A stretch of 64,000 bases of DNA from Acidobacteriota bacterium (GTDB lineage Bacteria > Acidobacteriota > UBA890 > WLXD01), in contig CBDFKD010000002.1 in assembly GCA_965248695.1 (NCBI GenBank), positions 2,400,001-2,464,000 of the forward strand, given 5' to 3'. The position numbers and the translations under genes were made by a program. Positions 47,284-56,661 of the stretch are shown piece after piece; the first letter of the stretch is position 1, and each line of letters begins with the position of its first letter. The notes below the pieces were generated by a model that saw only the letters and a list, made by a program, of their open reading frames with translations, did not search any database and was not told the DNA's origin.

Positions 47284-48297
47284 TGATGGCGAAACGAGAG
47301 CGGGACCGCGAAGGGGTAGCGATGGACCCTGAGCGGATCATGCTGACGAACGGTTCCATGCAGGCGGTAACCCTGGTTGCGGAGACCTTGTGCCAGGGCC
47401 GTGACGATGTGGTGGTCATGGAGGAGTACAGCTACTCGGGCACCATCGACGCTTACAAGTCGCTGGGTATCGAGATGGTCGGTGTTCCACTCGATGAGCA
47501 CGGCATGAAGATGGATGAGTTGGCGAAAACCCTCGCGCGTCTGCGCAAGGAGGGTCGGCTGCCGCGCTTCATTTACACGATACCGACCTACCAGAATCCA
47601 ACCGGCGCGGTCATGCCGCGAGAGCGGCGTATCGAGTTGCTGAGACTCGCGCGTGAGTACGATTGCATTGTGGTCGACGACAATTGTTACGGCGACGTTC
47701 ATTTCGAGGCCAGCCCCAAGCCGCCGGCGCTTTACACCCTGGATGACGGTCCCAACCAGATCTACATGTGCTCTTTGTCGAAGATCTTCGCCCCCGGGGT
47801 CCGTCTCGGTTATCTCACCGCGTCATCGGACGAGCTGTTCGACCGGCTCATTGCCCGGCGACACGATGCCGGTCCCAACACCCTGGCCGCCGCGATCACC
47901 GCCCAGTATCTGGAAGACAATCTCTGGGAGCACTGTGAGCGGGCGAACGTTGGCTTGAAGGAAAAGCGCGACGCGATGCTGGATGCGCTGGAGGCCGAGC
48001 TCGGCGGTCTGTGCTCGTGGTCTCACCCACCCGGCGGGTTGTTCATCTGGGTGCAGCTCCCCGATGGAGTGGATCTTGACCAGCTGGAAGCGCTGGCGGC
48101 CGAGCGCGGGGTGAGCTTTGCTCACGGTTGGGAATTCCACATCCACGCCGATCGCCGCCCATTCATTCGTCTCGCCTTTGGTTGGGCCACGGTCTCGGAC
48201 ACCCGTGAAGGAATTGCGCGTCTTGCCCGTTGTATCGAGCAAGTGCAAACCTGATCCCGCGGTGTTTGCTTACCTGGGCCCAAAGGACCTCGGCAAT

Positions 48298-49749
48298 CTA
48301 CACATTGGATAGACGCTCCAGAGTTTCCTGGTGGCGTGCACGGCTGATCCGATAGCGACTGATGGTCAGGATCGCCCCCATCCAGAGCAGGACTACCAAC
48401 GGCCCGTATGCCAACCCCAGCTTGACAATCACATCCGCTGGAACGTCACCAACAGCGGTCTCCGTGGGGAACGCGATCAGCGCCAGCAGGGTGCCGGCAA
48501 TCAACGTACCCAGTGCGTCGGCGCATTTGGACGTAAAAGTAACGGTCGAGGAGATCACGCCTTCGTTGCGACGCCCGGTCTCCAGTTCTGTCCGCTCGGT
48601 CAGGTCCGCGATCATGGAGCGCCAGCAAATGTCGAATAGCAGTAGCAGCATGGTCTCGAAACCACCGACCACCAGCATGATGTAGAAAAGCGCATCCGTG
48701 CCGTTTTCGGGAAAGAAACCGACCAAGCGCAGGCCGATGGGAATCGCGTAGAGCGCCATGCCGCCCAGCAATGCTGCGATGGCCACGGTCTTCTTCTCGC
48801 GCCCGACCCCCCAACGCGCGATGGCCGGCGGCAGAAACAGTGCGGCTACGGCCATGGGAATGACGATGATGGAAATCTGCTCGCTGGTGAACTCCCAGAA
48901 ATAACTGTAGATGTAGACCCACAGCGCGACGTAGGTGCCGACGCCGGCGTAGTACAACACACCGCCCAGGACGACGATGCGCGCCGATGCGCTGCGGAAC
49001 ACGTCTGCTACCTGACGGAAAAACTGGCTCGGGCTGAGCGGGCTATCGATCCGGTACTGCCTGAGCCGCGGTATGAACCGCCGTAGCCCAATGCTGAAGA
49101 ACAGCACAGACGCCACGATGATGATGGTGCCAACCAGGCCCGCATTCTGGTAACCGGACGGGTTCATTACACCGTCGGCATACTCCTCGGTGGGTACCAG
49201 CCAGATGGCATACATCAGCACCGACATGCCGTTGTTGAACGTCGAGTAGACGACGTGGAACCCGGTCAGCAGTCGGGTGCGCTCGTCGTAGTCCGAGGTC
49301 AGTTCGGCCACGATGGCCAAGGCCGGCACCACGAACATGGTGAGCGCGGTGCGCATCGAGACATTACAGACCGCCAACCAGGTGAACAGTAATGTGTTGC
49401 CCTCGATGAACCCCGGCGGATGCCAGAGCAAATAGAATGAAGCGGCCAATGGGAGAATCGAGGCGAACAGCCAGGGGTGGCGACGACCCCACCTCGAGCG
49501 GGTACTGTCGGACAGGTAGCCGATCAGTGGGTCTGTGATGGCGTCGAATACCAGGCCGATACCCACCGCCAGGCCGGCCAGGCCCGGGTCCAGTCCAAGT
49601 ACCTGACTGTAGTAGATCAGGACGAAGTAGTGGGCATTGCGCAGCACACCATACGCGGCGCCGCCACTGCTGTACGCCCAGTGCGTGCCTGTGGTTACTC
49701 CGGGTACATCCTGTGCCTCTGGTACCCGTGTTCTGCTGAAACTAAACAA
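48298..49749 (-). CDS. MFS transporter, glycoside-pentoside-hexuronide (MelB-like) family
   Basis: DAITDPLIGYLSDSTRSRWGRRHPW, AELTSDYDERT and SMIAD...GRRNEG motifs. Start uncertain. Confidence 0.9.
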   Translation of the reverse strand: MFSFSRTRVPEAQDVPGVTTGTHWAYSSGGAAYGVLRNAHYFVLIYYSQVLGLDPGLAGLAVGIGLVFDAITDPLIGYLSDSTRSRWGRRHPWLFASILPLAASFYLLWHPPGFIEGNTLLFTWLAVCNVSMRTALTMFVVPALAIVAELTSDYDERTRLLTGFHVVYSTFNNGMSVLMYAIWLVPTEEYADGVMNPSGYQNAGLVGTIIIVASVLFFSIGLRRFIPRLRQYRIDSPLSPSQFFRQVADVFRSASARIVVLGGVLYYAGVGTYVALWVYIYSYFWEFTSEQISIIVIPMAVAALFLPPAIARWGVGREKKTVAIAALLGGMALYAIPIGLRLVGFFPENGTDALFYIMLVVGGFETMLLLLFDICWRSMIADLTERTELETGRRNEGVISSTVTFTSKCADALGTLIAGTLLALIAFPTETAVGDVPADVIVKLGLAYGPLVVLLWMGAILTISRYRISRARHQETLERLSNV

Positions 49750-49998
49750 ACGACAGACCTCGAAAGAGGATAAGCCCCAGCGTCAAGAGCAAACTAATGG
49801 CCGGCCACGCGGTGTGAATGACATTAACGCCGTTGGGTCGCGGATCCGATAGGGGGGTGCCGCCTACTCGATGCCGCGTGGTCGCTGGCGGTGTCGAGGG
49901 CGGGTGTTCCTGTACCCGGTCTTCGTGTTAACAACACATCGTCTTGCGATGTTGTCGTCTCATTTGCCCGTTTAGCCAAGTTCGAAGGAGGCCACGCC

Positions 49999-50508
49999 GT
50001 GGGGAGCCGGATGCCAAGATGCCCGACCGTGTTGCAGGTGGCGCTGATCCTGATCGGTTCGGCAGCGGCCGCTCACGCCCAGACCGAGTCGCAGGATCCG
50101 TTGATCGGCACCTGGACACTCAACGCCGAGAAGTCGGTCTTTCGCGGGAACCAACCTCCGCCGACCAGTCTGACGAGAACGTTCGACTACACCAAAGACG
50201 GGCAGATTCTCGTGACGCTCGAGACCGTGAACGCTCGTGGCCGCTCATTTCTCCACTGGTACTTGGGATTCGATGACAAGGAGCACCCGGAATTCGGAAG
50301 GGAATCCGGGGCAGAGCCGACGTACTGGCTTTCGGCCAAAGTGATCGATCCCTACACGAAAGAGGTGATAGATCGGGTTGCGGACCAAGACGAGCCATTT
50401 CTGATTATCACCTTCGCCGTCTCGAAAGACGGCAAGGCCATGACAATGACGTACAAGGACATGGATGGCACGATCGGCAACGTCGTCGTGTACGACAAGG
50501 TGTTCTAG
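49999..50508 (+). CDS. Hypothetical secreted protein (lipocalin-like beta barrel)
   Basis: AAGGAG RBS; signal ending AHA; DPLIGTWTLNAEKS; C-terminal VVYDK. Confidence 0.65.
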   Translation: MGSRMPRCPTVLQVALILIGSAAAAHAQTESQDPLIGTWTLNAEKSVFRGNQPPPTSLTRTFDYTKDGQILVTLETVNARGRSFLHWYLGFDDKEHPEFGRESGAEPTYWLSAKVIDPYTKEVIDRVADQDEPFLIITFAVSKDGKAMTMTYKDMDGTIGNVVVYDKVF

Positions 50509-50637
50509 TGAGTGCCGCTTAGCTTGAAGCGAGCACAATCGTGGGCGCAGGCGACACGACCAACACAGCCAGGCCTCTGTTAGATTGGTTGCTGCACCCG
50601 CCAGATTGCATCCACATACCAGTTGAAAGGAGTCAGC

Positions 50638-51075
50638 ATGATTGCCAAGTCCACAGCAGCGGCGGCACTAGCAGCCTTCATACTTGTCGGGACCGTGGCG
50701 GCTCAGAGCGGCGACGGACTGGAAGCGAACAAGGCCCTGGCGGACCGGTATCACCTGGAGGTAATCCAGGGAAAGAACCTCGACCTTATCGACGAGATCT
50801 TCGTAGCGAACCCAGTGATCCACTATGGATCGCCGGACGTCACCGGTCGTGACAAAGCGCGACAGATAGCTGAGGTCGACTATACATACTTCCCCGGTGG
50901 TACAGATTTCAAGCACGACCAGGTCGTTGCGGAAGGTAACCTCGTCGCCTTCCGCTGGACAATGACTGGTATCCAAGAGTCCGGGGAGGAGTCGTTGTAC
51001 ACCGGAATCGATATCGTCCGCATCGAGAACGGCCGGATCGCAGAGATGTGGATCGAGTTGAATCCGGTCGAATGA
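50638..51075 (+). CDS. SnoaL/ester cyclase (NTF2-like) family protein, secreted
   Basis: LEANKALA, VVAEGNLVAFRWTMTG and GIDIVRIENGRIAEMW motifs. Confidence 0.85.
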   Translation: MIAKSTAAAALAAFILVGTVAAQSGDGLEANKALADRYHLEVIQGKNLDLIDEIFVANPVIHYGSPDVTGRDKARQIAEVDYTYFPGGTDFKHDQVVAEGNLVAFRWTMTGIQESGEESLYTGIDIVRIENGRIAEMWIELNPVE

Positions 51076-51178
51076 GGGCAAGCGAGATCGACGCGTTCGC
51101 GATGTGAGCTACTTGATGCCAGGCGGCTTACAAGCAGATCCCGCGCGGGCTGGATATCAGCATCCCGGAGATTCCTGA

Positions 51179-51358
51179 CTAGGCGATCCGGGAGCCCCTT
51201 TCCGCTGCACCTATGGGTTCGCGCAACAGGCCGAGCAAGAAGCTCTTGGCCAGGTACAGTAGCGCCGCCACGACAGCGGACCCCGCCGCGATTCCGAGGT
51301 TCACGGCGAGAAAACCGAAAGGCACGGCCAGTCCGTCGACAGCGAGGGCCGTGTAGCA
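51179..51358 (-). pseudogene. Probable C-terminal stump of a membrane protein gene
   Basis: Frame CYTALAVDGLAVPFGFLAVNLGIAAGSAVVAALLYLAKSFLLGLLREPIG...* with no start or RBS upstream (higBA promoter DNA lies there). Confidence 0.45.
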
Positions 51359-51408
51359 CCAGGGCGCCTCGTGGCCCGACCGTTGATGCGTGCGTATGGC
51401 GCATCACA

Positions 51409-51427
51409 TATTACGCAACGCGTGATA
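51409..51427 (+). promoter_or_regulatory. Palindromic operator upstream of higBA
   Basis: TATTACGC-AAC-GCGTGATA imperfect inverted repeat 10 nt before the higB ATG. Confidence 0.6.
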
Positions 51428-51437
51428 CTCTGAGTCT

Positions 51438-51716
51438 ATGATCCGCTCTTTCAAGTGCAAGGATACCGGAGCGCTATTCGGTGATGTCGCGGTTCGACGG
51501 TTCCGGCCCTTCGAGAAAGTGGCTCGGCGGAAGCTATTGTTGCTGCATCAAGCGCGTCGACTGGACGATCTTCGGGTACCGCCTGGTAATCGGCTCGAGG
51601 CTATGAAGGGGACGCGCAGGGGGCAACACAGCATCCGGATAAACAGTCAATGGCGTGTCTGCTTCCGTTGGACGAGAGGCAACGCACTCGATGTAGAAAT
51701 TGTTGACTACCACTGA
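51438..51716 (+). CDS. higB: HigB (RelE-like) toxin
   Basis: MIRSFKCKDT, ARRKL, LRVPPGNRLE, HSIRINSQWRVCFRW and EIVDYH motifs. Confidence 0.93.
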   Translation: MIRSFKCKDTGALFGDVAVRRFRPFEKVARRKLLLLHQARRLDDLRVPPGNRLEAMKGTRRGQHSIRINSQWRVCFRWTRGNALDVEIVDYH

Positions 51717-51723
51717 GCGAATC

Positions 51724-52029
51724 ATGAACAGACAGCCGAAAAACCTCGAGCCCATTCATCCCGGCGAGATTCTGATGGAGGAGTTCATGAAGCCGTTGAA
51801 CATCAGTATCAACCGGCTTGCGCGCGAGCTCTGCGTGCCTCCCGGTAGAATCAGCGCGATCGTCAACGGCAAGCGTTCGATAACTGCCGACACGGCTCTG
51901 CGACTAGGCAGGTTCCTCGGGGTTTCGCCGGAGATTTGGACGGGGTTGCAGTCCGACTACGAGCTGCGGATCGCGCGGCGCACCGTCGGCACTGAGATCG
52001 AGGAACGCGTACGCACGCACGTAGCTTAG
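51724..52029 (+). CDS. higA: HigA antitoxin (HTH)
   Basis: PIHPGEILMEEF, RISAIVNGKRSITADTALRL and W..LQ..YEL motifs. Confidence 0.93.
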   Translation: MNRQPKNLEPIHPGEILMEEFMKPLNISINRLARELCVPPGRISAIVNGKRSITADTALRLGRFLGVSPEIWTGLQSDYELRIARRTVGTEIEERVRTHVA

Positions 52030-52043
52030 CAATCGAGTCAGGT

Positions 52044-52085
52044 GCGCCCGTAGCTCAGCTGGATAGAGCAGCGGACTTCTAATCC
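52044..52085 (+). tRNA. tRNA-Arg(TCT) 5' half only (non-functional fragment, att core), copy A
   Basis: GCGCCCG TA GCTC AGCTGGATA GAGC A GCGGA CTTCTAA TCC gives the acceptor 5' strand, D arm and anticodon arm. No T arm or 3' acceptor strand follows. Confidence 0.9.
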
Positions 52086-52230
52086 AAACGCGCGCAGTTG
52101 GTTCGCGTTGGCGCTCGTTGTTTCTTCTTTGCTGCCGCTGGGTTGCGTTGGCAACGGATCAGCGCGCTCTTGGTTCTAGTTGGCCCCAGGTGGTGCTGGT
52201 CGGTTTCCCGCGGGCACAATCTCGGGCACA
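52044..52230 (+). repeat. att-like unit A: tRNA half + 10-bp-phased TTGG array + GGGCACA pair
   Basis: Colinear and ungapped with units B and C; GGGCACA at 52212 and 52224. Confidence 0.9.
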
Positions 52231-52320
52231 GTTCAGAACGGTCAAACGGCATCGCCACTGGTGCTCGTCGGCATCACTACTCGTTCGCAGCAACTAGAAA
52301 CTGGTTCAGGAGGACTTGCA

Positions 52321-54291
52321 ATGGCTCCTTTCCGCCGTTCCGTCATCATCTGCCTCATGGCCAGCCTCGGTGCGGGGGCGCTACCGGCCGCAACAACACC
52401 GCCTGCACAACCACAGCAGTCGGAGTGGAGCTACTTCGGTGGCAGCAAAGCGTTCACCCGCTACTCGCCTCTAGATCAGATCGACCGCGACAACGTGGCC
52501 CAACTGGAGATCGTTTGGGGACGCCCGGCGGTCCGCAGCGACCTCATCGAGGCTTTCCCCGATCTGTTCGCGCGCGCCTACCTGCGGTCGACCCCGATCA
52601 TCATCGACGGCGTGCTCTACACGCAGGACGCCCACGGGCTGGTGATCGCTCTGGACGGCCGAACCGGCGAGACCGTCTGGCAACAGGATCTCGTGGCCCT
52701 CACCGAGGAAGAGGCCGAAGGTGCGCCCACGCGCGGCGTCGACTACTGGAGCGACGGCGAGGGCGACGAACGGATCGTGGCGGTGCGCGGCGAATACCTG
52801 TATGCGATCAACGCCACGACCGGCGAGCCGTATGACGATTTCGGCGACGGTGGCCGCGTCTACCTGCGGTACGAGGACGGCGCGGCGCCAGCGGGGAGTT
52901 TCAGCGACAGCAGCGGTCCGATCGTCGTACGCGACGTCGTGGTCATCAGCGGACTTTCCGGCGGTGCGGGGGACCGCGGCAACAAGATGGAGGCGGTCTC
53001 GGAGGACGCACGGGGCTACGACGTCCGCACGGGAGAGCTGCGGTGGACGTTTCACGCCGTGCCGCGCGAAGGCGAGGTCGGCGTCGACACCTGGGGCAAC
53101 GACTCGTGGAAGGTCGCCGGCGACATGGGTGCCTGGTCGCTGATGAGCGCCGACGAGGAGCTCGGCCACGTGTATGTGGCGTTCTCGGCTCCGACGACCG
53201 CCTGGTACGGGGGCTGGAGGCCGGGCGACAACCTCTTTTCCAACAGCCTCGTGGCGCTCAACGCGCAGACCGGTGAGCGCGTCTGGCACTTCCAGATGAT
53301 CCACCATGGCCTGTGGGACTACGAGCCCATCGGCCCGGCGACGCTGGGCGAGATCACGGTCGACGGGCGCCGGATCCCGGTGGTGATGCAGCCCACCAAG
53401 CACGGGTTCCTGTTCGTGTTCGACCGCCGGAACGGCGAGCCCTTGTGGCCCATCGAGGAGCGCCCGGTGCCGGCGTCGACGGTGCCCGGGGAGGCAGCCT
53501 CGCCGACACAGCCGTTCCCCAGCAAGCCGCCGCCGTTCGACTGGCAGGGCATCACCGAAGCCGACCTGATCGACTACACGCCGGCGCTCAACCGCCAGGC
53601 GCGCGAGCTCGCCAGCCAGTACGTCACCGGGCCCCTGTTCACGCCGCCCTCCGTCCCCAGCGACGAGCCCGGAGGCACGAAGGGCTCGCTGCTGTACCCC
53701 GGCTCCTGGGGCGCGGGCAACTGGAACACTGGCGCGTTCGACCCGGAGACCGGCGTCTACTACGCAGTCTCCAACAGCTCCTACGGCCCGACGAACCGCA
53801 ACGCAGTCAAGCAGACCGACCCGGCGGCGACCATGGAGTACGCCTACGAGCCGGCCGCCGCGCCCACGATCGACGGGCTGTTCATCATGAAGCCCCCCCA
53901 CGGCCGCATCACGGCCCTGGACCTGAACCGCGGCGAGCAGCTGTGGATGGCGGCCAACGGCGACGGGCAGCGGAAGCACCCGTTGCTGCGGCACCTGAAC
54001 CTGCCGCCGCTCGGCGTTCCGAACCGTCCAGCGCCGCTGCTGACCAAGACCCTGCTCTTCCTCGGAGAGGGCAGCAACGCCGTCATGGGTACCCTCGACG
54101 AGGAGTGGGCCTGGGGCACGGTCTTTCGCGCCTATGACAAGGCTACCGGCGACGTGGTGTGGGCCATGGAGTTGCCATCCGGAACCACAGCCGGCCCCAT
54201 GACCTACATGCTAGACGGTAGGCAGTACATCGTCGTGTCGGTCGGCGACCAGAACCACCCGCCGGAGTACGTCGCCCTGGCGCTCCCCTAG
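52321..54291 (+). CDS. PQQ-dependent dehydrogenase (glucose/quinate dehydrogenase-like), secreted
   Basis: WSYFGG...RYSPLDQI, RGVDYW, RGYDVRTG, PGDNLF, WHFQMIHHGLWDY, WPIEERPVP and PMTYMLDGRQYI motifs. Confidence 0.9.
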   Translation: MAPFRRSVIICLMASLGAGALPAATTPPAQPQQSEWSYFGGSKAFTRYSPLDQIDRDNVAQLEIVWGRPAVRSDLIEAFPDLFARAYLRSTPIIIDGVLYTQDAHGLVIALDGRTGETVWQQDLVALTEEEAEGAPTRGVDYWSDGEGDERIVAVRGEYLYAINATTGEPYDDFGDGGRVYLRYEDGAAPAGSFSDSSGPIVVRDVVVISGLSGGAGDRGNKMEAVSEDARGYDVRTGELRWTFHAVPREGEVGVDTWGNDSWKVAGDMGAWSLMSADEELGHVYVAFSAPTTAWYGGWRPGDNLFSNSLVALNAQTGERVWHFQMIHHGLWDYEPIGPATLGEITVDGRRIPVVMQPTKHGFLFVFDRRNGEPLWPIEERPVPASTVPGEAASPTQPFPSKPPPFDWQGITEADLIDYTPALNRQARELASQYVTGPLFTPPSVPSDEPGGTKGSLLYPGSWGAGNWNTGAFDPETGVYYAVSNSSYGPTNRNAVKQTDPAATMEYAYEPAAAPTIDGLFIMKPPHGRITALDLNRGEQLWMAANGDGQRKHPLLRHLNLPPLGVPNRPAPLLTKTLLFLGEGSNAVMGTLDEEWAWGTVFRAYDKATGDVVWAMELPSGTTAGPMTYMLDGRQYIVVSVGDQNHPPEYVALALP

Positions 54292-54293
54292 GC

Positions 54294-54308
54294 GGGGGGG
54301 GGGGGGGG
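54294..54308 (+). repeat. G15 homopolymer tract
   Basis: 15 consecutive G between the PQQ gene stop and the CoA-ligase upstream region. Confidence 0.9.
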
Positions 54309-54370
54309 AACTGTCGAGTGGTAGACAATCTGGGTTGCAGCAAAGTCAATCCTGGTTCTTTGTACGGCAG

Positions 54371-55690
54371 ATGACGGTGCGGACGCAGCACGCGATCGAT
54401 GGGGCAGAGTTCCTCGACGAAGGCGAGCTCGCAGCGATCCGCACAGACCGTTGGCGCGCGCAGAGTGCCTATGTCGCGCGCGCGTCCCCGTTCTACGCAA
54501 GGCACTTCGCCGGGTTGAAACTGACCGGCGACCTCGCCGAGCTGGCGGACCTACCGTTCACTGACAAGGAGATGCTGCGCGCCGACCAGCGCGCCCAGCC
54601 GCCGTTCGGCAGCTACCTCGCCGCGCCGCCGCAGGACATTCGCCGCGTCCACCGCACCTCGGGCACCACCGGCGACGCCATGAACCTGGCGCTGTCGGCC
54701 GCGGACGCGAGGATGACCGCCGCGGTCGGCGCGCGCGCCCAGTCCGCTGCCGGACTCGGGCCGAGCCACCGGGTGGTGCACTGCCTCAACTATCAGCTGT
54801 GGATGGGTGGGTTCACCGACCACACGACGCTGGAGGCCACCGGCGCCACCGTGATCCCCTACGGCGTCGGCGATAGCGCGACGCTGATCCGGGTAATCCG
54901 CGACCTCGGCGTCACCGCGATCTCCTGCACGCCCTCCTATCCGGCGGTGCTGGAGCAGGTGCTGGCGGAGCACTATCCCGGCCTGGCGCCGCGTGACCTC
55001 GGCCTGCAGCTAGGCCTGTTCGGCGGCGAGCCCGGCCTCGACGACCCGGTGTTCCGTGCCCGGCTGGAAGAGACCTGGGGCTTCCTCGCCCGCAACGCCA
55101 ACTACGGCGTCACCGATATGCTGTGCAACTTCGCCGGCCAGACGGAGCTCTGCAACGACCTGCACTTCATGGCGCCCGACGTGCTGGAGGCGGAGCTGAT
55201 CGACCCCGACGCCGGCACCCGGCTGCCGTGGCGCGAAGGCGAGTCCGGCGAGCTGGTGCTGACCCACCTCGCCAAGGATTGCCAGCCGCTGGTGCGCTTC
55301 CGCACCGGCGACATCGTCACGTTGGCCGGCACCGGCCGGGCTGATTGCGGCCGCACGGTGCCCCGGTTCCGCGTCGTCGGCCGCAGCGACGACATGGTGG
55401 TGGTGCGCGGCCTCAGTACATTCCCGACCATGGTGGCATCCGTGCTCAACGGCTTCGACGCGATGAGCGGCGAGTACCGCATCGTGCTCGACCGGCCGCC
55501 ACCCTACGATGTGCTGCCGGTCGAGGTCGAGCTCGCCGAAGGGCAGGACGGCGGCGCTGATCTGGCGGCCAGCATCAAGGCGGCAATCAAGCGGGAGCTT
55601 GGCGCCACGGCGCGGGTGACGGTGCTGCCGCCGCGCAGCCTGCCGCGCACCGAGGGAAAGACCCGCCGCGTCTGGAGAACCTACACATGA
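54371..55690 (+). CDS. Phenylacetate-CoA ligase family protein
   Basis: LPFTDKE, TSGTTG, CTPSY, GGEPG, NYGVTD, RFRTGD, GRSDDM..VRG and EGKTRR motifs. Confidence 0.88.
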   Translation: MTVRTQHAIDGAEFLDEGELAAIRTDRWRAQSAYVARASPFYARHFAGLKLTGDLAELADLPFTDKEMLRADQRAQPPFGSYLAAPPQDIRRVHRTSGTTGDAMNLALSAADARMTAAVGARAQSAAGLGPSHRVVHCLNYQLWMGGFTDHTTLEATGATVIPYGVGDSATLIRVIRDLGVTAISCTPSYPAVLEQVLAEHYPGLAPRDLGLQLGLFGGEPGLDDPVFRARLEETWGFLARNANYGVTDMLCNFAGQTELCNDLHFMAPDVLEAELIDPDAGTRLPWREGESGELVLTHLAKDCQPLVRFRTGDIVTLAGTGRADCGRTVPRFRVVGRSDDMVVVRGLSTFPTMVASVLNGFDAMSGEYRIVLDRPPPYDVLPVEVELAEGQDGGADLAASIKAAIKRELGATARVTVLPPRSLPRTEGKTRRVWRTYT

Positions 55691-56448
55691 CCGCATTCGA
55701 CTACGAGACGGTGCTGAGCGAGTACGAGGCCGACGGCGTCCGCACCATCACGCTCAACCGGCCGGAGAGCCTCAACGCTATGAATCGCCAGTTGGTCGAC
55801 GACGTGGCAAAGGCCTTCGCCGACGCCGACGCCGACCCCGATACGCGGGCGGTGATCTTCACTGGCGCCGGCCGCGGGTTCTGTGCCGGCGACGACCGGC
55901 GCGAGCACACGCACCCGGAGACCGAGGCCGCTGCACGCGACATCGTCGACGCGATCCAGCGCGCGACCGACGCCATCGTTTTCGGCGGTAAGCCGGTGGT
56001 GGGCGCGATCAACGGTTGGGCCGTCGGCGGCGGCTTCGAATGGGCGATCAACTGCGACTTTCCGATCTGGGCCGAAAGCGCCAAGGGCTTCTTCCCCGAG
56101 GTCTCGCTCAACCTGTTCGTCACCGGCGGCGTCACCTCGCTGCTGCCGGCACTGGTCGGCCTAAACCGCGCGAGAGAGATGCTGTTCCTCGGTGCGCGCT
56201 ACGACGCCGCAACGCTGCGCGAGTACGGCATCGCCTGGCGCGTGGTGCCCGATGCCGCGCTGATGGACGAGGCGCGCCCTGTGGCGCGCCAGCTCGCCGA
56301 GCTTCCGCCGCTGGCAATACGCGCCATGCGCCGCACGCTCTACCGCACCGCGATGACGGACCTCGCCTCCGCGATGCGGCTGGAAGGGGAGGCCACCGTC
56401 GCCGGCTTCCTCGACCCGGAGACCACCAAGCGGGTCAAGGACTTCTGA
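55687..56448 (+). CDS. Enoyl-CoA hydratase/isomerase family protein
   Basis: TLNRPESLNA, FCAGDD, KPVVGAINGWAVGGGFE and FPEV motifs; ATGA overlap with the ligase gene. Confidence 0.9.
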   Translation: MTAFDYETVLSEYEADGVRTITLNRPESLNAMNRQLVDDVAKAFADADADPDTRAVIFTGAGRGFCAGDDRREHTHPETEAAARDIVDAIQRATDAIVFGGKPVVGAINGWAVGGGFEWAINCDFPIWAESAKGFFPEVSLNLFVTGGVTSLLPALVGLNRAREMLFLGARYDAATLREYGIAWRVVPDAALMDEARPVARQLAELPPLAIRAMRRTLYRTAMTDLASAMRLEGEATVAGFLDPETTKRVKDF

Positions 56449-56661
56449 CCGAAGACGGACGTGCGGCGGCGGCCTGGTCTCGGCTTCGAGGAGTCCTGAT
56501 CGCCCTCGCTCCGCCAGGCAAAGGCGGTCCCGCAGCGAATCCCTTGAGGAGCCCAACGATCAGTGGTTGCATCCACGCGTCCCTCTACTGACCAAGCCAA
56601 GAAAGTGACTCGACAAGGGTCATGCCGGAATCCCGGGAGGTAGACAGTGGTTGGAGGATCG

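Larger units (their letters stand above)
45866..48254 (+). pseudogene. PLP-dependent aminotransferase (class I/II, MocR-AT/LysN-like) interrupted by IS3
   Basis: Removing the IS and one TGAT copy joins ...GHEGLRRL to MAKRERDREG... in frame; TIPTYQNPTG, SLSKIFAPGVRLG and PPGGLFIW motifs. Confidence 0.9.

Noticed and set aside
120-51075. Classical integron with attC sites
   Set aside because: Genes lie on both strands, no RYYYAAC/GTTRRRY-bounded palindromes were evident between genes, and there is no intI.
4950-54291. CTAG recurring at gene ends as a cassette recombination signal
   Set aside because: Explained by TAG stops preceded by C-ending codons in GC-rich genes; no larger conserved motif was seen around them.
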